A stretch of 64,000 nucleotides of DNA from Candidatus Pacebacteria bacterium CG_4_9_14_0_2_um_filter_40_15 (GTDB lineage Bacteria > Patescibacteriota > Microgenomatia > UBA1400 > PJMF01). How positions within the stretch are numbered: the first letter of the stretch is position 1; each line of letters opens with the position of its first letter. Under the pieces are notes generated by a model. It worked only from the letters and a program-made list of their open reading frames with translations. It had not been told where the DNA came from and did no database searches. This document shows, in pieces, positions 47,535 to 58,348 of the stretch. The stretch lies in the NCBI GenBank assembly GCA_002788675.1, contig PFRS01000008.1, positions 3,233 to 67,232 of the forward strand. Reading direction: 5' to 3'. A program made the position numbers and the translations under genes.

Positions 47535-48035
47535 GTGAGTACTATGACAGATAACACTCAAAATCCAGAAGAACAGCTAGAAGACCAAAGTACTGGAGAG
47601 TCACAAGTTCTTGAAGATACACTAGATGACGAAGTAGCAGAGCTGCAACTAAAGCTAGTTGAAGCTGAACAAAAATATCAGCGAGCAATAGCTGATTACC
47701 ACAACCTAGTACGTCGCAACCGTGAAGAAGCAGTCAAGAAAGCCCGATTGGCCACAAAAGATTTTGTTTCAAATCTGGTTGAACCACTTAATCATCTTGC
47801 ACTTGCTGCTCAGCAAATTAACGATCCAGGTTTAAACATGGTTGTTACTCAATTGTGGCAAACGCTTAATCAAGAAGGCTTAGAGCAAGTTGAGTGTTTA
47901 GGTACGCCTTTTGACGCTGAAACTATGGAAGTTGTTGAAATTACAAAGGTAGGAAAAAAAGTCACTAAAGTTCTTTCGCCATGTTACCGTTTAAATGGCG
48001 AAATTATTCAATTTGCAAAAGTAATTTTGGATTAA
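47535..48035 (+). CDS. grpE: nucleotide exchange factor GrpE
   Basis: Long N-terminal helix (LQLKLVEAEQKYQRAIADYHNLVRRNREE) and C-terminal beta-domain. Operon position hrcA-grpE-dnaK. Confidence 0.85.
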   Translation: MSTMTDNTQNPEEQLEDQSTGESQVLEDTLDDEVAELQLKLVEAEQKYQRAIADYHNLVRRNREEAVKKARLATKDFVSNLVEPLNHLALAAQQINDPGLNMVVTQLWQTLNQEGLEQVECLGTPFDAETMEVVEITKVGKKVTKVLSPCYRLNGEIIQFAKVILD

Positions 48036-48253
48036 TTCTGTAGAAACAAATTTTTTTAAGCAGGCATTTTAGCCTGCTATAAGCAACTTAAAAGTACAGT
48101 TCTCAAAATTAGCAGTCAAAGTAAAATACTGCTTGCAGTCGCAGGCTTTGTTTGCTAAAATGAGCTCTATACAGAGAGAAAAAGACTGTCAAAAATGGCA
48201 AGAAATACTCTCAAAATCAAAAAGTAGTAGAACATAATATTCAAAGGAGAAAT

Positions 48254-50176
48254 ATGTCAGACTCTGGAAAAATAATCGGTATCGACCTTGGAACCACCAA
48301 CTCAGCAATTGCTGTTATGGAAGGCGGAACTGCCAAGATCATTCCAACTGCAGAAGGTCGCAACACCTTCCCATCAATTGTCTCTTTCAAAGGCAGTGAT
48401 GTCTCGGTAGGAGACGTTGCAAAACGCCAAATGGTCCTGAATCCTGCTAAGACTGTTAATTCAGTTAAGCGTTTCATGGGTGGAAAGTTCAAGGACAGTG
48501 CAGTAAAACAATCAATTAAACACGTTGCCTATGAAGTTACCGAAGGTAAAGACGGTATGGCTGTGGTTAAAATTGACAACAAGCAGCTTACTCCACAAGA
48601 AGTTTCAGCAAAAATCTTAGCAAAAGCAAAGGCAGATGCTGAAAGTTACCTTGGTGGAAAAGTTACTAGTGCAGTTATTACAGTACCTGCCTACTTCAAT
48701 GACGCGCAGCGCCAAGCTACAAAACAAGCAGGTGAAATTGCAGGTCTTAAAGTAGAACGTATCGTTAACGAGCCAACAGCCGCAGCACTGGCTTATGGTC
48801 TCGATAAAAAAGGCAACGAAATTATTGCGGTGTATGACCTTGGTGGTGGTACCTTCGATATTTCCATTTTAGATATTGGTGATGGTGTGTTCGAAGTTAA
48901 GTCTACTAATGGAGACACTTTTCTTGGTGGAGACGACTTCGACAGTAAAATCATTGATTGGATCGTATCTGAGTTCAAAAAAGAAACGGGCAAAGATCTT
49001 TCAAAAGATCCACAAGCACTGCAACGTGTAAAAGATACTGCTGAAAAGGCAAAAATTGAGCTTTCAAGTGCAACTTCAACCGACATTAATCAACCATTCA
49101 TTACCCAAGGAGATGATGGTCAGCCACTCCATCTAACTATGACTCTTACTCGAGCCAAGTTGGAAGAGTTGGTTGATGATCTCATTAAAAAGTCATTCGA
49201 ACCAGTTAAGAGTGCCCTTAAAGATGCCGGCATGAAGGCAAGTGATATCTCAGACATTGTTCTGGTTGGTGGTATGACTCGTATGCCAAAAATTCAGAAG
49301 GAAGTCGAAAAATTCTTCGGCAAGGCACCTCACAAAGGTGTGAATCCTGACGAAGTTGTGGCCATTGGTGCTGCAATTCAAGCAGGTGTTATAGGTGGAG
49401 ACGTGACTGATGTGGTCCTTCTCGACGTAACTCCACTTACTCTGGGATTAGAGACTCTGGGAAGTATCAGAACTGCCCTCATTGAGCGCAACACAACAAT
49501 TCCTACCAGTAAGTCACAGGTGTTCTCAACAGCTGCCGACAATCAGACTTCAGTGGAAATCCACGTCTTGCAAGGTGAACGTCAAATGGCTGCAGACAAC
49601 AAATCACTTGGAAAGTTCATTCTTGATGGAATTCCACCAGCACGACGCGGTGTGCCTCAGATTGAAGTTACCTTCGACATCGACAGTAACGGAATTCTGC
49701 ATGTCACTGCTAAAGATACTTCAACCGGTAAAGAACAAAAAATTACCATTCAAAACTCTACCAATCTCTCAGACGAAGAAGTCGAAAAGATGAAGGCTGA
49801 TGCAGAGAAGTATGCTGATGAAGACAAAAAGAAAAAAGAAACTGTCGAAGCTCGCAACCACGCAACCAGTGTTGCTTTCGAAATTGAAAAACAACTCGAG
49901 GAGTATGGCGACAAGCTTGAAGATGCAGATAAAAAGAACATTCAAGAAGATGTCACCAAACTTAAAGAACTCGCCGAAAAAGAAGATGTGACCAAAGAAG
50001 AGATCGACTCAGCTGTCGACGCAACCTTTAAGTCAGCTCAAAAGATTGGCGAAGTCATGCAAAAGGCTCAGCAGGCAGAAGCTGCCGCAGGGGCAACAGG
50101 CCCAGATGCAGATGTCAAAAAAACTGAAAAATCAGATGCAGACTCAGCTGAAGAGGGGGAAGTGGTTAACGAGTAA
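48254..50176 (+). CDS. dnaK: molecular chaperone DnaK (Hsp70)
   Basis: [18 protein letters not shown], full NBD and SBD. 640 aa. Confidence 0.97.
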   Translation: MSDSGKIIGIDLGTTNSAIAVMEGGTAKIIPTAEGRNTFPSIVSFKGSDVSVGDVAKRQMVLNPAKTVNSVKRFMGGKFKDSAVKQSIKHVAYEVTEGKDGMAVVKIDNKQLTPQEVSAKILAKAKADAESYLGGKVTSAVITVPAYFNDAQRQATKQAGEIAGLKVERIVNEPTAAALAYGLDKKGNEIIAVYDLGGGTFDISILDIGDGVFEVKSTNGDTFLGGDDFDSKIIDWIVSEFKKETGKDLSKDPQALQRVKDTAEKAKIELSSATSTDINQPFITQGDDGQPLHLTMTLTRAKLEELVDDLIKKSFEPVKSALKDAGMKASDISDIVLVGGMTRMPKIQKEVEKFFGKAPHKGVNPDEVVAIGAAIQAGVIGGDVTDVVLLDVTPLTLGLETLGSIRTALIERNTTIPTSKSQVFSTAADNQTSVEIHVLQGERQMAADNKSLGKFILDGIPPARRGVPQIEVTFDIDSNGILHVTAKDTSTGKEQKITIQNSTNLSDEEVEKMKADAEKYADEDKKKKETVEARNHATSVAFEIEKQLEEYGDKLEDADKKNIQEDVTKLKELAEKEDVTKEEIDSAVDATFKSAQKIGEVMQKAQQAEAAAGATGPDADVKKTEKSDADSAEEGEVVNE

Positions 50177-50361
50177 AAGTTCCGTACTCCCTATTTCAAA
50201 TCTACTTACGTCAGGCTTTGAAACAGGGAGTACTCCACGGACACGGTAAAACGTGCTCGCATCCTTCCTCTGAGCTCTTGCTTCGCAGAGGCTCAAAGTA
50301 AGGAAGCTCCCTCGCGGGGCTACAACAAAAATTGGAATCGCTGGACAGACGCGAATCGCAA

Positions 50362-50394
50362 AAGCCCTCGGCCTCACGGCCGGGGGCTTTTTTG
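50362..50394 (+). terminator. rho-independent terminator gccctcggcc-tcac-ggccgggggc + T6
   Basis: GC-rich stem plus T-run, 190 nt after the dnaK stop. Confidence 0.65.
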
Positions 50395-50664
50395 TGTACC
50401 TCAAGATACGAAACTCAGTCAAGAATAAACTTGTTTTTACCAAAAAAAGCACACAATATGCCCTCAATACTCGAGGAAAATGCGGAAACTTATAGTATAT
50501 ACGTATTGGGTATGTATTGCATTATTATAAGACTATATGTAAAATAGAAAAAGAAACAAAAGGCCCATAGCAATTTGTGTGTCTACCAGGCTTAAATAAA
50601 CAGAAGTTGTAAGTTTAACATACTGGTAAATACATGTAAATATGGGTTATTTAGAAAGAACAAA

Positions 50665-52983
50665 ATGGGAAAGAATCGAGTTGAAGATTATTCTTCAATA
50701 CAAAGTCAAAAAGCAAAAGGTATGAATTTCGGGCCAAAGTCTAACTATGACCCTAAGTTCCATGAACCTCTACGCCATGCACGCTATCAAGCTCGCATGG
50801 ATGCTGAGGCAACTGAAAAGGCTGCCTTAGAATCTGCTTCCAAAGAAAAAGCTGCAGCTAAGGACACAGAGCATAAATTACATCTTACAAGACCTATTTT
50901 TGCTGAACCTTTCACAATTAATACGACCTCTTCAGAATGGGGAGATGCACACGAGCCACGTGGTATTGCCGGCATAATCAAATCTTTCTATGACGACTAT
51001 TCAGAATCTCTTGAAGCAGTTCGAACATTTTATGTTCAACATAAAGATGACACAATTACACCAGCAATTAAGAATGAGTATCAACAACTGTATGACCGCG
51101 CACAAGACACTTTTGCTCGTGCAAGTTTAGTAAAAGATTTATCTGAGTTAGTCGCAAACTCGCTTTCAGCTGATGCCTTAAAGGCAAGTTCTGCTGATAT
51201 TGCGAGGCGAATCAAAGAGACAGCACTTGGTATTGATCCCAAATATGTCGCTGATTTACTTGCTCAAGACATTAGATCTTTAGGTGGCATTTTAAAATGG
51301 TTGTACGGAGTTCGTAATGTAGATCGCAGACAATTTGCTCTAGCAGTTAAAATTGGAGCAGTGCTTTTATTTGGTACAGTTATTCCAATGAGTTTGTCAG
51401 CATGTGGTGTTACTGTTGAGCCAGGCGTAACAGTTACTGCGACAGGAGAAGATCCAGCAACAGATTTACCACCAACTCAAGAACCAACGGCAGTCCCAAC
51501 GGCTGTTCCAACGGAACCCGCTCCAGTTGCTACAGAGACAGCTGCTCCTGAGTCAACTCAGATTCCAACTAATATCGACGTTTCATACCTTGAGTCGCAA
51601 GGAGTATCCGAAGATGAGATAAATGCAATTATTATTTCACTTATTGGTGATGAAACTACTCAGACTATAGGTAAATTAGAAGCATCACAGGCCAATTTAA
51701 TTGCCTCTGAAAGTAATTTTAGGGTACTTGACGACTCAACAATCATACTTGGCCCAGGAGATTATGGCGATGCAACCTATGGTGAAGGTGACGCTGTTTA
51801 TATAAATGCTGATAATACGTACACTATTTATAGTCATATTGCTTGGGATGGTCAGAGTGAATACCATTTAGACGAATCTTACATCTTAAAAATTGCCCCA
51901 GATGGAACGCCAACTTGGACATCAGAAACCGAAGAAAAAACATTTTACTTTGCAGACTGGGTGTTAGGTGGTGAATTTATTCCTTATGAAATGTATGTTC
52001 AAGAAGTTGACTTATTTGAAGCACAAGCGTTCGCTGAAGCGGGAGGTTTAGCTCCAATAGATCACCTCCAGTACGATGACGTCAATTTTGAAGGTCAGAC
52101 GGTTGGTTATGGTGTTGGAGATGTCCCATTAATAACTCGACAAAATGAAAGTTCAGATTGGGAGACTTATGTGCAGGCAGCTCCAGAATGGTTGTTTGGG
52201 CCAGAGGAAAAAGTCACATACGAATTTGCAGACATGATGGAAATTCCAGCTGGAACAATGGCAATTATTCAGACTGATACTGGTGGTTGGGAATATGTCC
52301 CTTATAATTCTCAAGCTGTTTTAAATTTGCTTAACTTACAAAGTGCAGATCAAATATTGGCACCTGGAGAGTTAAACCTTCAGACACAAGGCGTTATCAA
52401 TTCAGAATCTTTCCCAGCAAAAATGGTGGATGGAATTGGAACGAATAGTCAACTCTTTAGAGCCACTCCGTTTGTGCTAAGAGGCAGTTATAGATTTGTA
52501 TTTCCAAATAAACCAGATTTAACATCAGTTGGTTTCAATGGGTATAGTTGGACAACAGACTCAGCCGGTAATCCATTGTTAATTGCAGAAGCAATTTCAA
52601 TGAAAATTGAAGGACTTTCGGACAACACAACACGTGACTATGGGTCTACTCTTAATCCAGATGGAAGTATTGATTTTATAAGAAGCGGCTCTTTCCAGCC
52701 TCAACTTTGGAAGGATGCAGCTGGAACGCCTTTTAGTTCTTTTGAAGATTTTATAAATTATGTGAGTCAAAATCCAGACAATCCAATTGTAGGGTATCTC
52801 TTAGGAACTGTGCCTGACTCCAGTATGACTGGCTTAGGACAAGCACATCTTAAGTTTGATAGTGGCTCTTTTGACACTAATAAAGAAGTATACAATAACA
52901 CTTTGCAGTATCCTACGATATCGAATGCAATTCCTTTTGCAGGTTTTTATCTTCCTGAAGACTTTGGGAATTCTGAAAACTAG
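50665..52983 (+). CDS. large bitopic surface protein of unknown function
   Basis: 772 aa. 230-aa charged cytoplasmic N-domain, TM helix (LAVKIGAVLLFGTVIPMSLSA), Pro/Thr/Ala-rich linker (residues about 262-300), about 470-aa extracellular domain. Confidence 0.5.
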   Translation: MGKNRVEDYSSIQSQKAKGMNFGPKSNYDPKFHEPLRHARYQARMDAEATEKAALESASKEKAAAKDTEHKLHLTRPIFAEPFTINTTSSEWGDAHEPRGIAGIIKSFYDDYSESLEAVRTFYVQHKDDTITPAIKNEYQQLYDRAQDTFARASLVKDLSELVANSLSADALKASSADIARRIKETALGIDPKYVADLLAQDIRSLGGILKWLYGVRNVDRRQFALAVKIGAVLLFGTVIPMSLSACGVTVEPGVTVTATGEDPATDLPPTQEPTAVPTAVPTEPAPVATETAAPESTQIPTNIDVSYLESQGVSEDEINAIIISLIGDETTQTIGKLEASQANLIASESNFRVLDDSTIILGPGDYGDATYGEGDAVYINADNTYTIYSHIAWDGQSEYHLDESYILKIAPDGTPTWTSETEEKTFYFADWVLGGEFIPYEMYVQEVDLFEAQAFAEAGGLAPIDHLQYDDVNFEGQTVGYGVGDVPLITRQNESSDWETYVQAAPEWLFGPEEKVTYEFADMMEIPAGTMAIIQTDTGGWEYVPYNSQAVLNLLNLQSADQILAPGELNLQTQGVINSESFPAKMVDGIGTNSQLFRATPFVLRGSYRFVFPNKPDLTSVGFNGYSWTTDSAGNPLLIAEAISMKIEGLSDNTTRDYGSTLNPDGSIDFIRSGSFQPQLWKDAAGTPFSSFEDFINYVSQNPDNPIVGYLLGTVPDSSMTGLGQAHLKFDSGSFDTNKEVYNNTLQYPTISNAIPFAGFYLPEDFGNSEN

Positions 52984-53027
52984 TAAGAAAATATACTACA
53001 GAATAATTAAACAAAAGAAAATAAACA

Positions 53028-53052
53028 GAAGCGCCCTTCGGGGCGCTTTTTG
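53028..53052 (+). terminator. agcgccc-ttcg-gggcgct + T5
   Basis: Read from the sequence after the 772-aa gene. Confidence 0.65.
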
Positions 53053-53120
53053 TTTAAAGAATAAAAACTATTTCCCCATTGCGCACTTCTTTCCTCTTAG
53101 ACTATACTAAAAATAGAAAT

Positions 53121-53690
53121 ATGAAGAAACCCAATGGAGGAGTTCTAGCTCTAGTATTGTTCGGTGCGATTGCAGTAATGGTATATTTTGTGCTCTCCCG
53201 GTATTCTTCAGGCAGTATTTCTCAACTTTCAAATACCCCAGAACCTAATACAATAACCTCAGAAGAATCTTCTTTTATTCGCAGTGTTGATGTTGATGGG
53301 AATCACACAGTTGAAATTACTGCAGAACTGGTTGGTATCGAGCAAAGAGAAGTGGCACCAGCAAATTTGCAAGAAACATTTCTTATTCTAAAAGCTCCAG
53401 AAAATGATGCAACATTCGAGGTTGGATTAGGGCCAGAGCAACAAATGATCTTCTTTAGAAATGAGCGTTTAGCTCTTACTACCCAAGAAGAAAATGTAAA
53501 GACTGCGGATACGTATCCTTCCACCGAGGTAGCTAAAATGCTCTCTGTTGGAGATACGGTCTCTGTTCAGTTTTTACTTATCCCAGATCTTTCAGAATTT
53601 GTTGACGGTTGGGAAGCATTCTTTATGGATGAAGTTAGTGAGTTGTCTATTAGTTTCAGATTTATTTTAAACGTGGCACTTAAACAATGA
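53121..53690 (+). CDS. membrane-anchored hypothetical protein (first gene of a three-gene surface operon)
   Basis: The track start is TTG; ATG at 53121 (MKKPNGGVLALVLFGAIAVMVYFVL...). 4-nt overlap with the downstream giant gene. Confidence 0.45.
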   Translation: MKKPNGGVLALVLFGAIAVMVYFVLSRYSSGSISQLSNTPEPNTITSEESSFIRSVDVDGNHTVEITAELVGIEQREVAPANLQETFLILKAPENDATFEVGLGPEQQMIFFRNERLALTTQEENVKTADTYPSTEVAKMLSVGDTVSVQFLLIPDLSEFVDGWEAFFMDEVSELSISFRFILNVALKQ

Positions 53691-56600
53691 TTAAAAGAAT
53701 ACTGACTACCGCGACACTTTTTTTGTTTTTCATTTTAACTAGTTATTTGTTGATCAGTGGTGGAGCAGTAAGCATGGTAAAAGCAGCACAATGCTGGGAG
53801 CCAGGTTGCTGTGGGTTTTCACTGGTGTACTATCAATATCAGTGTGAGGCAACGGGTGCTGCGCAAGGACTGTGTAGAGGAATTGGCGAAGACCCATACT
53901 GGTTTTGCCCAAATACCAATTTGACCTATGGTCAGGATTTGGCTGCTTGTACAGGAGCTTGTTCAGTTTCGTGTCAGAAATCCTGTTACAGCGGCTGGGC
54001 TAGCACCTGTGTTATTGACCATCATAACGAGCCCTGTACCGAGGGAACAAATTCATGTACTGCGTCATATGCCGCTATTCAGTGTTCAAGTGCATCAGGA
54101 ACCAATTCGTGTACCGAAGCTACAGGTACTTCATCGTCTAGATCTTGTTATGTGAACGGTGTTCCAGAACCATCAGGGGATACGCCTCCAGATCCAGGCA
54201 ACTGTGACGGCAATTGGTGGAAATGTGTCAGTAGTGTTGCTTGTGTGCCTGCAGCTAATGGGGAGGGTGTGTGTGGAAGTTGTCCATCTGCTTGTGCCCC
54301 TGTGGATAAAGGCATCGTGGCGTTTACCTTTTTTGAGGATACGAACATGAATGGTGTCTGGGATTTTAACTCAGGTGAAGCACGTATTCAGAGGGATGGT
54401 TCTTGTTTAACCACAGGAAATCTTAAGGTTGTGAATGGAGTTAGGCTCTTTTTTGAGAACAATGAGCTTTCACCAAGATGTAACATTCAAAACAGCGAAT
54501 TTGAAGGTGACACTTGTACTTGGGGGCCAGATGAATGTATACGTGATGGGGTGAGAACTGGTAGTTGTAGACCATGGGGATGGGAAAACCAATCGTATGG
54601 AGATAAATGTTTCACTGAAGAGAAGTATTGTAAGAGATGTCACTGGGATAATCAGGGTTGTGTAGACTCGGGTAGGGAAATTGGCATGGCCTGTGGTCCG
54701 GATGGTGTGTATTGTGAGGGTGGTTTAGCTAATATGCGATATGGAAATGTGTACTTACAAGTATCAGAAGTTGGCTATAAGGACATAGATATCGTGTTAC
54801 CAAGCGGTTGGGTGGTAAGTCCCGGCAATTATAACGGTTCAACAAGTTTTGGCGTGAGTGTTACAAATAGTTACAATCGTACTCGTTGTGAAGCAGGACT
54901 TAAGACTATTGGTATAGTGCCTGATTACAACAAACAATGTACGGTTCAGTTGACTGATAATAGCATTACCACAGCTCAGTCAACGTTGGCAATAGTATGG
55001 GGGTATTCTGAAGCTCCCGCTAGTGAGCCCGTTCGTTTAATTCTTGGAAAAGCAGATTATACAGAGATTCTAGATGAAAATAATCAACCAGTAATTCCAG
55101 ATGGTGCTGGTCACATTAATTGGGATGGTCGCCACTATTACATTTTCACTACAACACCAAATATAGCAAATGGTTCATTCGAGACTGGTAATTTGACTAA
55201 TTGGATAGTATCAGGAGGAATGCAGGAGGCATGGGCTGTGGATAGTCAAGTCTGGCCAACAGCTGGTGTTACTGGGCGATACTACTTAAAGATGGTAAAT
55301 AAAAATGATGGCAGCGATGCCTATGTCGCCTCTGATTTGGTGAATACTGGTGCTTCTGTTGCAAGTAGAAACTTTACTCTTTCATTTGATGTTCAGGCTC
55401 ATGCAGGAACTCAGACAATTAATAATATACTTGTTCAGGCTGGGGATGGTACATGGGGAAATATTGGAAGCGTTACTGCAACTACAACGTGGACTAATGT
55501 TACTCGAGACATCACTATGTCACCATCTGCAAATAGCAACAGCGTGCGAGTAGTGCTTCGACCACCGGGAAATACTGTGCCAGTTTACTTTGACAATGTC
55601 ATTCTTACTTCAACAGGAGAAGTTGGTGGTTGTACTTCTGGCAATAGTTCAGCTTGTCAGCAATCTACGCTTATTTCTGGATTACCTGTTGGGGATTATA
55701 AACTTCACTGTGATTTACCAACAGCTCCACAACAATGTTCAGGTAACCCTAACTGTACCTACGAGGGGGGAACTGTAAACTGTACAGCAAACGGTTGGGT
55801 CTCATGTAGCGGACAGGATAATGTTAATCTTGAAGTGACGTGTTCTCCTCAATGTGGTCAATTCGCTGGATGTCCATCTACTGATCTTGGAAACCCAACT
55901 ATTAGTAATGCGCAACCAACACCAACACGAAATATGACTACCTACCCAGGTACAGTGCCAATTACTTGGACAGATACTACAACCTTGAGCGATTATTGGA
56001 CAGTTATTGTCTATGGTGGCAATCAGTTGAATGATTCTCAACGAAATACCATTGCTGATGCATGTGCTACCTATACTGGTACAGGTGACACCCTTTGTGG
56101 TCAGGTAACCTTTGCATCTTTCGACGCAAATCATGACGGGATCCTAGACTCGACTCCAACATTTACGTATGATCCTGAAGTCCTGAAAGATAATTCACTT
56201 CGTGTTGCAGTTCGGGCTACAAATGATAGCTGTACTCCATTTACAGGCAGCGATCAAAACTCGGGATGGATAGATGTGCCACTTAACTTAGTTGCCAATG
56301 TGACAGGTACGCTGTATGAGGGTGATGGAAATCCTTCTGGAAGTGTGTGTACTGGACCAACAGGAACAACAGCTGGATTCTCAGCTGCTGCAGCGACAAG
56401 AAGACTTGCAGCTGCATCTGGAGGTATTGATGATACTGCTCTGAGTCATCTCTTTACGATTCAAAATGTCCCGTATATTCCAACTATTGCTTGGGGTTCA
56501 GGTACGAATATCACAATGAGTCTTACAAATGCTGATATGACCCAAGCACTTGCTTGCGAATGCCCTTCAGCATTTAACCAGGGTGATCCGTTTACCTGTC

Positions 56601-57598
56601 GATATGGAAACGTATTGACACCATCAAGCGGTACTCCACAAAACTTCTGGTTGCAGGAATATAATCTGGTCAATGGCCCTTGGTGGCAGACATGGGGCGG
56701 TACGGTGTATGCTGCATCAGGAAACATAGTCTCAGATATACCTCAAGTATGTATTGATGATAGTACTGGATATTGCAGATCCTACATGGTGGCACAAGAC
56801 GCTGATTTAACGGCTGATTCTGCTGGCGTTCCTATGTCCGGTAGCGGCGCATACTCATCTGGAGATACTCAAGGATATGTTACTGATCGTGATTTACAGC
56901 AAGTTGCTGTAGGCACGTACCATGATAATCTTAAACAAGAAAATTATGATTTCTTTATTCGTGAGATCCTCATTTCTGATTATGCAAATACAGTACCAGC
57001 TAGCGTAAGAGTATCAAATGACATATTTAATTCAGATTTTACGACTGATGCTGATGATGGAACGCGTATTTACTATGCATCGGGTGCAGTTACTATCGAT
57101 CCTACTGCAACCATTGAGTTACCAGCAGGTGTTGATAAAGCAGTAGTGCTTATTAACGGTGACTTAACTGTTCAAGATAATGGAGATATAGAGCAAGTTA
57201 TTAATGTTGATGATGGCGACTTCTTAGGTTTCATTGTAAACGGCAACATTACCTTTGAAGCATCTGTTGGTTTCGATAAAGATATGACTAACTTAGTGCC
57301 TGTAACGGATGATACAAACGTTGAGGGACTCTTTGTGGCAGATGAATCACTGATTGTTGCTGGATATGACGCCTTGAGTCAGCCACAGTTGGTAGATCGC
57401 AAGTTTATCGGAGCAGGAACATTTGTCGGATTCTCAGGTGTATCTTTAAATCGTGACTTCGAGAACAGTGTTGACCCTTTAACACGCTCAATGAATAATC
57501 TCGATCCGGTCTCAACATTCGTATATCGTCCTGACCTAGTCAAAAATCTACCTCGTTTCATGCACACTCCTGGCTTAATTTGGCAGGAAGTCAACTAA
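53687..57598 (+). CDS. giant (1303 aa) secreted Cys-rich protein with a CBM4/9-like carbohydrate-binding beta-sandwich
   Basis: Signal peptide/anchor MIKRILTTATLFLFFILTSYLLISGGAVSMVKAA. About 300-aa region with more than 40 Cys. ...IANGSFETGNLTNWIVSGG...VPVYFDNVILT matches the NGxFExG..W start and terminal strand of CBM_4_9-type modules. Long Thr/Gly/Asn-rich beta region follows. Confidence 0.6.
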   Translation: MIKRILTTATLFLFFILTSYLLISGGAVSMVKAAQCWEPGCCGFSLVYYQYQCEATGAAQGLCRGIGEDPYWFCPNTNLTYGQDLAACTGACSVSCQKSCYSGWASTCVIDHHNEPCTEGTNSCTASYAAIQCSSASGTNSCTEATGTSSSRSCYVNGVPEPSGDTPPDPGNCDGNWWKCVSSVACVPAANGEGVCGSCPSACAPVDKGIVAFTFFEDTNMNGVWDFNSGEARIQRDGSCLTTGNLKVVNGVRLFFENNELSPRCNIQNSEFEGDTCTWGPDECIRDGVRTGSCRPWGWENQSYGDKCFTEEKYCKRCHWDNQGCVDSGREIGMACGPDGVYCEGGLANMRYGNVYLQVSEVGYKDIDIVLPSGWVVSPGNYNGSTSFGVSVTNSYNRTRCEAGLKTIGIVPDYNKQCTVQLTDNSITTAQSTLAIVWGYSEAPASEPVRLILGKADYTEILDENNQPVIPDGAGHINWDGRHYYIFTTTPNIANGSFETGNLTNWIVSGGMQEAWAVDSQVWPTAGVTGRYYLKMVNKNDGSDAYVASDLVNTGASVASRNFTLSFDVQAHAGTQTINNILVQAGDGTWGNIGSVTATTTWTNVTRDITMSPSANSNSVRVVLRPPGNTVPVYFDNVILTSTGEVGGCTSGNSSACQQSTLISGLPVGDYKLHCDLPTAPQQCSGNPNCTYEGGTVNCTANGWVSCSGQDNVNLEVTCSPQCGQFAGCPSTDLGNPTISNAQPTPTRNMTTYPGTVPITWTDTTTLSDYWTVIVYGGNQLNDSQRNTIADACATYTGTGDTLCGQVTFASFDANHDGILDSTPTFTYDPEVLKDNSLRVAVRATNDSCTPFTGSDQNSGWIDVPLNLVANVTGTLYEGDGNPSGSVCTGPTGTTAGFSAAAATRRLAAASGGIDDTALSHLFTIQNVPYIPTIAWGSGTNITMSLTNADMTQALACECPSAFNQGDPFTCRYGNVLTPSSGTPQNFWLQEYNLVNGPWWQTWGGTVYAASGNIVSDIPQVCIDDSTGYCRSYMVAQDADLTADSAGVPMSGSGAYSSGDTQGYVTDRDLQQVAVGTYHDNLKQENYDFFIREILISDYANTVPASVRVSNDIFNSDFTTDADDGTRIYYASGAVTIDPTATIELPAGVDKAVVLINGDLTVQDNGDIEQVINVDDGDFLGFIVNGNITFEASVGFDKDMTNLVPVTDDTNVEGLFVADESLIVAGYDALSQPQLVDRKFIGAGTFVGFSGVSLNRDFENSVDPLTRSMNNLDPVSTFVYRPDLVKNLPRFMHTPGLIWQEVN

Positions 57599-57609
57599 GG
57601 AGGCTCGTC

Positions 57610-58269
57610 ATGATAGAAAAATCTGCTGTGTCTTCAGCAAAGAAATCAAGCACACGTTCGTTGACTAAATTTGCCTTTTTAGCTGTAGCTATTACTCTGA
57701 TACTTGGTACCACCAAAAACTGGATGGATTCTCGTAGGTTTCAAAACAACGGCACTCAATTTGATGGTGAGGTTGATGATCAGAATGGTATTCCTGTAGA
57801 TCGTGCTGCTCAGATTTTTTCTGATGTTCTTCCACAGCTCTTTCCAGGAATATTCTTTGGGAATGCTACGATCGATGGCACACACACAATTGTAGTAGCA
57901 GGATTCTTTGGAGAACAACTTCAGTTAGAAAAAAATGAAGGAGAATTGATCCCGGTTATAAAGATATTTCCATACACCTATGATAAACAAAAACCCTTTT
58001 ATATGAGTTTGACAAATAAGGATGCTGAAGTTGTTGTGATTGAGCGAGATGTTCAGAAAACTATGTCTCTTTCTAAAATTGTTTCAAAGTTCAGTGTAGG
58101 GCGACCAGTCGCAATAACGTATACCTACTCTGCAGATGATGAGTTCGCGTACATGAATTCGGTTCTTGATTTGGAGCGACTTAACGATCATCTTAAATTT
58201 GGAAAAGAAGAGAGTCCATACAAAGTTATCCTATCTTCTGATAACATAACAAATATACGACTTTTTTAG
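57610..58269 (+). CDS. membrane-anchored hypothetical protein (third gene of operon)
   Basis: The track start 57580 is TTG. ATG at 57610 follows a perfect AAGGAGG SD at 57596-57602. Confidence 0.5.
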   Translation: MIEKSAVSSAKKSSTRSLTKFAFLAVAITLILGTTKNWMDSRRFQNNGTQFDGEVDDQNGIPVDRAAQIFSDVLPQLFPGIFFGNATIDGTHTIVVAGFFGEQLQLEKNEGELIPVIKIFPYTYDKQKPFYMSLTNKDAEVVVIERDVQKTMSLSKIVSKFSVGRPVAITYTYSADDEFAYMNSVLDLERLNDHLKFGKEESPYKVILSSDNITNIRLF

Positions 58270-58348
58270 CGCAGTATAGCCCTCCATTTAGCAGTCAATT
58301 TATTTAACTGCTTAACTTTTTGTACAATTATTGTTAGAATAAGTTCCT

